Source: the human T2T-CHM13v2.0 reference genome, Homo sapiens. Taken from it: a stretch of 64,000 nt of DNA. The number at the start of each line of letters is the position of its first letter. The first letter of the stretch is position 1. The stretch lies in assembly GCF_009914755.1 (NCBI RefSeq), contig NC_060946.1; one strand, written 5' to 3'. Below the pieces are notes generated by a model. The model was not told the origin of the DNA and did not search any database. It saw nothing but the letters and a program-made list of their open reading frames with translations. Position numbers and translations under genes: made by a program. This document shows positions 1-10,800 of the stretch, one piece after another.

Positions 1-10
1 TCTCTGCACT

Positions 11-1848
11 GATAAACTAGGTGGTGTAACCCTTGTCCAAGCTCTGCCTACAGGGGCGTTTCCACATATCCCTGAACTGATGACAGAGGTGATGTAACAC
101 TTGCCTAGGCTTTGCCTACAGGGAACATTGGACATATATCTGCACTGATCACCCAGGTGATGCAACTCTTGCCTAGGCTTTGCCTACAGGGGACATCGTG
201 ACATATCTCTTCAATGATCACTCATGTGATGCATCTCTTGCCTAGGCTTTGCCTACAGGGGACATTGTGACATATCTCTGCTCTGATCTCCCAGGTGCTG
301 TAACTTTAGTCTAGGCTCTGGCTACACGGCATTGTGACATATCACTGCACTGATCAACCAGGTGATATAACTCTTGTATAGGCTCTGCCTACAGGGTGAT
401 TGTGACCTACCTCTGCACTGATCGCCCAGGTGATATAACTCTTCTCTAGGATCTTCCTACAGGGTACTTTGTGACATATCCCTGCACTGATCACCCATGT
501 GATCTATCTCTGGTCTAAGCTCTGCCTAAAGTGGCATTGTGACAGATCTCTGCACTGATTACCCAGGTGATGTAACTCTTGTCTAGGCTCTGCTTCCAGG
601 GCATATTGTGACATATGTATGCACTGATCACCTTAGTGATGTAACACTTTGGTAGGCTCGGCCTACAGGGGAATCTTGACATATCTCTGCACTGTTAACC
701 GAGGTGATTTAACACTTGTCTAGGCTGTGCCCACAGGGGGATTGAGACATATCTCTGCACTGATCCCGAGGTGATACAACTCTTGCCTGGTCTCTGCCTA
801 CTGTGGACATTGTGACATATCTCTGCACTGATCTCCCAGGTGCTGTAACTTTAGTCTAGGCTCCGGCTACACGGCATTGTGACATATCACTGCACTGATC
901 ACCCAGGCGATATAACTCTTCTCTAGGATCTGACCACAGGGTGCTTTGTGACATATCCCTGCAATGATCACCCAGGTGATATACCACTTGCCAAGGCTCT
1001 GCCTACAGGGGCATTGCAATGTATCTCTGCACTGATCACCTAGGTCTTGTAGCTCTTTTCTAGGATCTGCCTACAGGGTGCTTTGTGACGTGTCACAGCA
1101 AGGATTACCCAGGTGATGTACCTCTCATCAAGGCTCTGCCTACAGGCACATTGTGATGTATCCCTGCACTGATCACCTCGGTCATGTAACTTTTTTCTGG
1201 GCTCTACCTACGATGGCATTGTGACATATCTCTGCACTAATCATCCAACTGATGTAACTCTTGTATAGGATGTGCCTAAATTAACTTTTTGACCTAACCC
1301 TGCACTGATCATCCAGGTGATGGAGCTTTTGTCTAGGCTCTGCCTAAGGGGGCACTGTGACATATTTATGCATTGATCACCCAGGTGGCGAACTCTTCTC
1401 TCGGATCTGCCGATGGGGGCATTGTGAGAAATCTCTGCACTGATCACCCAGGTGATGTAACTGTTGTGTAACCTCTGCCTATAGGGGACTTGTGAGAGAT
1501 CTCGCTACTGATTACCCAAGTGATGTAACCGTTGTCTAGGCTTTGCGTACAGGGGGCTTTGTGACATTCCTTTGCACTGATCACCCAGGTGATGTAACAC
1601 ATCTAAGTTCGGCCTAAAGGAGCTTTGTGACATATCTCTGCACTGATCGCTTACGTGATGTAACACTTTTATAATCACTGCCTACAGGGAATTTTGACAA
1701 ATCTCTGCACTGATCACCTAGGTGATGTAACTCTTGTCTACCCTCTGTCCAACGGGGCATTGTGAAATATCTCTGCACTGATCACCCAGTTGATTCAACT
1801 CTTGACTAGGAACTGCCTACAGAGATTATTGTGAAATATCTCTGCACT
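11..1848 (+). repeat. 27-monomer HOR variant lacking M9 (1838 bp)
   Basis: Landmark spacing 11->1849 is 1838 bp. At ~557 the M8 end (gacagatctctgcact) joins M10 (gattacccaggtgatgtaactcttgtctaggctctgcttcc); the M9 sequence cactcaggtgatgtaagtattg...ggccttgtcac is absent. Confidence 0.9.
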
Positions 1849-4800
1849 GATAAACTAGGTGGTGTAAACCTTGTCCAAGCTCTACCTACAGGGGCGTTTC
1901 CACATATCCCTGAACGGATGACAGAGGTGATGTAACTCTTGCCTAGGCTTTGCCTACCGGGAACATTGGACATATATCTGCACTGATCACCCAGGTGATG
2001 CAACTCTTGCCTAGGCTTTGCCTACAGGGGACATTGTGACATATCTCTTCAATGATCACTCATGTGATGCATCACTTGCCTAGGCTTTGCCTACAGGGGA
2101 CATTGTGACATATCTCTGCACCGATCTCCCAGGTGCTGTAACTTTAGTCTAGGCTCTGGCTACACGGCATTGTGACATATCACTGCACTGATCAACCAGG
2201 TGATATAACTCTTGTATAGGCTCTGCCTACAGGGGGATTGTGACCTACTTCTGAACTGATCACCCAGGTGATATAACTCTTCTCTAGGATCTTCCTACAG
2301 GGTACATTGTGACATATCCCTGCACTGATCACCCAGGTGATCTATCTCTGGTCTAAGCTCTGCCTAAAGGGGCATTGTGACAGATCTCTGCACTGATCAC
2401 TCAGGTGATGTAAGTACTGTCTAGGCTCTGCTTCAAGGGGCCTTGTCACATATCTCTGCACTGATCACCCAGGTGATGTAACTCTTGTCTAGGCTCTGCT
2501 TCCAGGGCATATTGTGACATATCTATGCACTGAACACCTTAGTGATGTAACACTTTGGTAGGCTCGGCCTACAGGGGAATCTTGACATATCTCTGCACTG
2601 TTAACCGAGGTGATTTAACACTTGTCTAGGCTGTGCCCACAGGGGGATTGAGACATATCTCTGCACTGATCCCGAGGTGATACAACTCTTGCCTGGTCTC
2701 TGCCTACTGTGGACATTGTGACATATCTCTGCACTGATCTCCCAGGTGCTGTAACTTTAGTCTAGGCTCTGGCTACACGGCATTGTGACATATCACTGCA
2801 CTGATCACCCAGGCGATATAACTCTTCTCTAGGATCTGACCACAGGGTGCTTTGTGACATAACCCTGCCATGATCACCCAGGTGATATACCACTTGCCAA
2901 GGCTCTGCCTACAGGGGCATTGCAATGTATCTCTGCACTGATCACCTAGGTCTTGTAGCTATTTTCTAGGATCTGCCTACAGGGTGCTTTGTGACGTGTC
3001 CCAGCAAGGATTACCCAGGTGATGTACCTCTCATCAAGGCTCTGCCTACAGGCACATTGTGATGTATCTCTGCACTGATCACCTCGGTCATGTAACTTTT
3101 TTCTGGGCTCTACCTACGATGGCATTGTGACATATCTCTGCACTAATCATCCAAGTGATGTAACTCTTGTCTAGGATGTGCCTAAATTAACTTTTTGACA
3201 TAACCCTGTACTGATCATCCAGGTGATGGAGCTTTTGTCTAGGCTCTGCCTAAGGGGGCATTGTGACATATTTCTGCATTGATCACCCAGGTGGCGAACT
3301 CTTCTCTCGGATCTCCCTATGGGGGCATTGTGAGAAATCCCTGCACTGATGACCTAGGTGATGTAACTGTTGTGTAACCTCTGCCTACAGGGGAATTGTG
3401 AGAGATCTCGCCACTGATTACCCAAGTGATGTAACCGTTGTCTAAGATTTTCGTACAGGGGGCTTTGTGACATACCTTTGCACTGATCACCCAGGTGATG
3501 TAACACATCTAAGTTCGGCCTAAAGGAGCTTTGTGACATATCTCTGCACTGATCGCTTAGGTGATGTAACACTTTTATAATCACTGCCTACAGGGAATTT
3601 TGACAAATCTCTGCACTGATCACCTAGGTGATGTACCTCTTGTCTACCCTCTGTCCAATGGGGCATTGTGACATATCTCTGCACTGATCACCCAGGTGAT
3701 TCAACTCTTGAGTAGGAACTGCCTACAGAGGTTATTGTGAAATATCTCTGCACTGATAAACTAGGTGTTGTAACCGTTGTCCAAGCTCTGCCTACAGGGG
3801 CGTTTCCACATATCCCTGAACTGATGACAGAGGTGATGTAACTCTTGCCTAGGCTTTGCCTACAGGGAACATTGGACATATATCTGCACTGATCACCCAG
3901 GTGATGCAACTCTTGCCTAGGCTTTGCCTACAGGGGACATTGTGACATATCTCTTCAATGATCACTCATGTGATGCATCTCTTGCCTAGGCTTTGCCTAC
4001 AGGGGACATTGTGACTTATCTCTGCACCGATCTCCCAGGTGCTGTAACTTTAGTATAGGCTCTGGCTACACGGCATTGTGACATATCACTGCACTGATCA
4101 ACCAGGTGATATAACTCTTGTATAGGCTCTGCCTACAGGCGGATTGTGACCTACCTCTGCACTGATCACCCAGGTGATATAACTCTTCTCTAGGATCTTC
4201 CTACAGGGTACTTTGTGACATATCCCTGCACTGATCACCCAGGTGATCTATCTCTGGTCTAAGCTCTGCCTAAAGGGGCATTGTGACAGATCTCTGCACT
4301 GATCACTCAGGTGATGGAAGTATTGTCCAGGCTCTGCTTCAAGGGGCCTTGTCACATATCTCTGCACTGATCACCCAGGTGATGGAACTCTTGTCTAGGC
4401 TCTGCTTCCAGGGCATATTGTGACATATCTATGCACTGATCACCTTAGTGATGTAACACTTTGGTAGGCTCGGCCTACAGGGGAATCTTCACATATCTCT
4501 GCACTGTTAACCGAGGTGATTTAACTCTTGTCTAGGCTGTGCCCACAGTGGGATTGAGACATATCTCTGCACTGATCCCGAGGTGATACAACTCTTGCCT
4601 GGTCTCTGCCTACTGTGGACATTGTGACATATCTCTGCACTGATCTCCCAGGTGCTGTAACTTTAGTCTAGGCTCTGGCTACACGGCATTGTGACATATC
4701 ACTGCACTGATCACCCAGGCGATATAACTCTTCTCTAGGATCTGACCACAGGGTGCTTTGTGACATATCCCTGCAATGATCACCCAGGTGATATACCACT

Positions 4801-7800
4801 TGCCAAGGCTCTGCCTACAGGGGCATTGCAATGTATCTCTGCACTGATCACCTAGGTCTTGTAGCTATTTTCTAGGATCTGCCTACAGGGTGCTTTGTGA
4901 CGTGTCCCAGCAAGGATTACCCAGGTGATGTACCTCTCATCAAGGCTCTGCCTACAGGCACATTGTGATGTATCTCTGCACTGATCACCTAGGTCATGTA
5001 AATTTTGTCTAGGCTCTACCTACGATGGCATTGTGACATATCTCTGCACTAATCATCCAAGTGATGTAACTCTTGTCTAGGATGTGCCTAAATTAACTTT
5101 TTGACATAACCCTGTACTGATCATCCAGGTGATGGAGCTTTTGTCTAGGCTCTGCCTAAGGGGGCATTGTGACATATTTCTGCATTGATCCCCCAGGTGG
5201 CGAACTCTTCTCTCGGATCTGCCTATGGGAGCATTGTGAGAAATCTCTGCACTGATCACCCAGGTGATGTAACTGTTGTGTAACCTCTGCCTACAGGGGA
5301 ATTGTGAGAGATCTCGCCACTGATTACCCAAGTGATGTAACCGTTGTATAGGCTTTGCGTACAGGGGGCTTTGTGACATACCTTTGCACTGATCACCCAG
5401 GTGATGTAACACATCTAAGTTCGGCCTAAAGGAGCTTTGTGACATATCTCTGCACTGATCGCTTAGGTGATGTAACACTTTTATAATCACTGCCTACAGG
5501 GAATTTTGACAAATCTCTGCACTGATCACCTAGGTGATGTAACTCTTGTCTACCCTCTGTCCAACGGGGCATTGTGAAATATCTCTGCACTGATCACCCA
5601 GGTGATTCAACTCTTGACTAGGAACTGCCTACAGAGGTTATTGTGAAATATCTCTGCACTGATTAACTAGGTGGTGTAACCCTTGTCCAAGCTCTGCCTA
5701 CAGGGGCGTTTCCACATATCCCTGAACTGATGACAGAGGTGATGTAACTCTTGCCTAGGCTTTGCCTACAGGGAACATTGGACATATATCTGCACTGATC
5801 ACCCAGGTGATGCAACTCTTGCCTAGGCTTTGCCTACAGGGGACATTGTGACATATCTCTTCAATGATCACTCATGTGATGCATCTCTTGCCTAGGCTTT
5901 GCCTACAGGGGACATTGTGACATATCTCTCCACTGATCTCCCAGGTGCTGTAACTTTAGTCTAGGCTCTGGCTACACGGCATTGTGACATATCACTGCAC
6001 TGATCAACCAGGTGATATAACTCTTGTATTGGCTCTGCCTACAGGGGGATTGAGACCTACCTCTGCACTGATCACGCAGGTGATATAACTCTTCTCTAGG
6101 ATCTTCCTACAGGGTACTTTGTGACATATCCCTGCACTGATCACCCAGGTGATCTATCTCTGGTCTAAGCTCTGCCTAAAGGGGCATTGTGACAGATCTC
6201 TGCACTGATCACTCAGGTGATGTAAGTATTGTCTAGGCTCTGCTTCAAGGGGCCTTGTCACATATCTCTGCACAGATCACCCAGGTGATGTAACTCTTGT
6301 CTAGGCTCTGCTTCCAGGGCATATTGTGACATATCTATGCACTGATCACCTTAGTGATGTAACACTTTGGTAGGCTCGGCCTACAGGGGAATCTTGACAT
6401 ATCTCTGCACTGTTAACCGAGGTGATTTAACTCTTCTCTAGGTTGTGCCCACAGGGGGATTGAGACATATCTCTGCACTGATCCCGAGGTGATACAACTC
6501 TTGCCTGGTCTCTGCCTACTGTGGACATTGTGACATATCTCTGCACTGATCTCCCAGGTGCTGTAACTTTAGTCTAGGCTCTGGCTACACGGCATTGTGA
6601 CATATCACTGCACTGATCACCCAGGCGATATAACTCTTCTCTAGGATCTGACCACAGGGTGCTTTGTGACATATCCCTGCAATGATCACCCAGGTGATAT
6701 ACCACTTGCCAAGGCTCTGCCTACAGGGGCATTGCAATGTATCTCTGCACTGATCACCTAGGTCTTGTAGATATTTTCTAGGATCTGCCTACAGGGTGTT
6801 TTGTGACGTGTCCCAGCAAGGATTACCCAGGTGATGTACCTCTCATCAAGGCTCTGCCTACAGGCACATTGTGATGTATCTCTGCACTGATCACCTAGGT
6901 CATGTAAATTTTGTCTAGGCTCTACCTACGATGGCATTGTGACATATCTCTGCACTAATCATCCAAGTGATGTAACTCTTGTCTAGGATGTGCCTAAATT
7001 AACTTTTTGACATAACCCTGTACTGATCATCCAGGTGATGGAGCTTTTGTCTAGGCTCTGCCTAAGGGGGCATTGTGACATATTTCTGCATTGATCACCC
7101 AGGTGGCGAACTCTTCTCTCGGATCTGCCTATGGGGGCATTGTGAGAAATCTCTGCACTGATCACCCAGGTGATGTAACTGTTGTGTAACCTCTGCCTAC
7201 AGGGGAATTGTGAGAGATCTCGCCACTGATTACCCAAGTGATGTAACCGTTGTCTAGGCTTTGCGTACAGGGGGCTTTGTGACATACCTTTGCACTGATC
7301 ACCCAGGTGATGTAACACATCTAAGTTCGGCCTAAAGGAGCTTTGTGACATATCTCTGCACTGATCGCTTAGGTGATGTAACACTTTTATAATCATTGCC
7401 TACAGGGAATTTTGACAAATCTCTGCACTGATCACCTAGGTGATGTAACTCTTGTCTACCCTCTGTCCAACGGGGCATTGTGAAATATCTCTGCACTGAT
7501 CACCCAGGTGATTCAACTCTTGACTAGGAACTGCCTACAGAGGTAACTGTGAAATATCTCTGCACTGATAAACTAGGTGGTGTAACCCTTGTCAAAGCTC
7601 TGCCTACAGGGGCGTTACCACATATCCCTGAACTGATGACAGAGGTGATGTAACTCTTGCCTAGGCTTTGCCTATAGGGAACATTGGACCTATATCTGCA
7701 CTGATCACCCAGGTGATGCAACTCTTGCCTAGGCTTTGCCTACAGGGGACATTGTGACATATCTCTTCAATGATCACTCATGTGATGCATCTCTTGCCTA

Positions 7801-10800
7801 GGCTTTGCCTACAGGGGACATTGTGACATATCTCTGCACTGATCTCCCAGGTGCTGTAACTTTAGTCTAGGCTCTGGCTACACGGCATTGTGACATATCA
7901 CTGCACTGATCAACCAGGTGATAAAACTCTTGTATAGGCTCTGCCTACAGGGGGATTGTGACCTACCTCTGCACTGATCACCCAGGTGATATAACTCTTC
8001 TCTAGTATCTTCCTACAGGGTACTTTGTGACATATCCCTGCACTGATCACCCAGGTGATCTATCTCTGGTCTAAGCTCTGCCTAAAGGGGCATTGTGACA
8101 GATCTCTGCACTGATCACTCAGGTGATGTAAGTATTGTCTAGGCTCTGCTTCAAGGGGCCTTGTCACATATCTCTGCACTGATCACCCAGGTGATGTAAC
8201 TCTTGTCTAGGCTCTGCTTCCAGGGCATATTGTGACATATCTATGCACTGATCACCTTAGTGATGTAACACTTTGGTAGGCTCGGCCTACAGGGGAATCT
8301 TGACATATCTCTGCACTGTTAACCGAGGTGATTTAACTCTTGTCTAGGTTGTGCCCACAGGGGGATTGAGACATATCTCTGCACTGATCCCGAGGTGATA
8401 CAACTCTTGCCTGGTCTCTGCCTACTGTGGAAATTGTGACATATCTCTGCACTGATCTCCCAGGTGCTGTAACTTTAGTCTAGGCTCTGGCTACACGGCA
8501 TTGTGACATATCACTGCACTGATCACCCAGCCGATATAACTCTTCTCTAGGATCTGACCACAGGGAGCTTTGTGACATATCCCTGCAATGATCACCCAGG
8601 TGATATACCACTTGCCAAGGCTCTGCCTACAGGGGCATTGCAATGTATCTCTGCACTGATCACCTAGGTCTTGTAGATATTTTCTAGGATCTGCCTACAG
8701 GGTGCTTTGTGACGTGTCCCAGCAAGGATTACCCAGGTGATGTACCTCTCATCAAGGCTCTGCCTACAGGCACATTGTGATGTATCTCTGCACTGATCAC
8801 CTAGGTCATGTAAATTTTGTCTAGGCTCTACCTACGATGGCATTGTGACATATCTCTGCACTAATCATCCAAGTGATGTAACTCTGGTCTAGGATGTGCC
8901 TAAATTAACTTTTTGACATAACCCTGTACTGATCATCCAGGTGATGGAGCTTTTGTCTAGGCTCTGCCTAAGGGGGCATTGTGACATATTTCTGCATTGA
9001 TCCCCCAGGTGGCGAACTCTTCTCTCGGATCTGCCTATGGGGGCATTGTGAGAAATCTCTGCACTGATCACCCAGGTGATGTAACTGTTGTGTAACCTCT
9101 GCCTACAGGGGAATTGTGAGAGATCTCGCCACTGATTACCCAAGTGATGTAACCGTTGTCTAGGCTTTGCGTACAGGGGGCTTTGTGACATACCTTTGCA
9201 CTGATCACCCAGGTGATGTAACACATCTAAGTTCGGCCTAAAGAGGCTTTGTGACATATCTCTGCACTGATCGCTTAGGTGATGTAACACTTTTATAATC
9301 ACTGCCTACAGGGAATTTTGACAAATCTCTGCACTGGTCACCTAGGTGATGTAACTCTTGTCTACCCTCTGTCCAACGGGGCATTGTGAAATATCTCTGC
9401 ACTGATCACCCAGGTGATTCAACTCTTGACTAGGAACTGCCTACAGAGGTTATTGTGAAATATCTCTGCACTGATAAACTAGGTGGTGTAACCCTTGTCC
9501 AAGCTCTGCCTACAGGGGCGTTTCCACATATCCCTGAACTGATGACAGTGGTGATGTAACTCTTCCCTAGGCTTTGCCTACAGGGAACATTGGACATATA
9601 TCTGCACTGATCACCCAGATGATGCAACTCTTGCCTAGGCTTTGCCTACAGGGGACATTGTGACATATCTCTTCAATGATCACTCATGTGATGCATCTCT
9701 TGCCTAGGCTTTGCCTACAGGGGACATTGTGACATATCTCTGCACTGATCTCCCAGGTGCTGTAACTTTAGTCTTGGCTCTGGCTACACGGCATTGTGAC
9801 ATATCACTGCACTGATCAACCAGGTGATATAACTCTTGTATTGGCTCTGCCTACAGGGGGATTGAGACCTACCTCTGCACTGATCACGCAGGTGATATAA
9901 CTCTTCTCTAGGATCTTCCTACAGGGTACTTTGTGACATATCCCTGCACTGATCACCCAGGTGATCTATCTCTGATCTAAGCTCTGCCTAAAGGGGCATT
10001 GTGACAGATCTCTGCACTGATCACTCAGGTGATGTAAGTATTGTCTAGGCTCTGCTTCAAGGGGCCTTGTCACATATCTCTGCACTGATCACCCAGGTGA
10101 TGTAACTCTTGTCTAGGCTCTGCTTCCAGGGCATATTGTGACATATCTATGCACTGATCACCTTAGTGATGTAACACTTTGCTAGGCTCGGCCTACAGGG
10201 GAATCTTGACATATCTCTGCACTGTTAACCGAGGTGATTTAACTCTTGTCTAGGCTGCGCCCACAGGGGGATTGAGACATATCTCTGCACTGATCCCGAG
10301 GTGATACAACTCTTGCCTGGTCTCTGCCTACAGTGGACATTGTGACATATCTCTGCACTGATCTCCCAGGTGCTGCAACTTTAGTCTAGGCTCTGGCTAC
10401 ACGGCATTGTGACATATCACTGCACTGATCACCCAGGCGATATAACTCTTCTCTAGGATCTGACCACAGGGTGCTTTGTGACATATCCCTGCAATGATCA
10501 CCCAGGTGATATACCACTTGCCAAGGCTCTGCCTACAGGGGCATTGCAATGTATCTCTGCACTGATCACCTAGGTCTTGTAGCTATTTTCTAGGATCTGC
10601 CTACAGGGTGCTTTGTGACGTGTCCCAGCAAGGATTACCCAGGTGATGTACCTCTCATCAAGGCTCTGCCTACAGGCACATTGTGATGTATCTCTGCACT
10701 GATCACCTAGGTCATGTAAATTTTGTCTAGGCTCTACCTACGATGGCATTGTGACATATCTCTGCACTAATCATCCAAGTGATGTAACTCTTGTCTAGGA

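Noticed and set aside
8895-9330. TTGACA (M20, M26) and TATAAT/TATA-like (M26) motifs, and AT-rich taaattaa
   Set aside because: Order and spacing do not fit a sigma70 promoter, the DNA is primate heterochromatin, and nothing supports promoter function; these are chance monomer variants.
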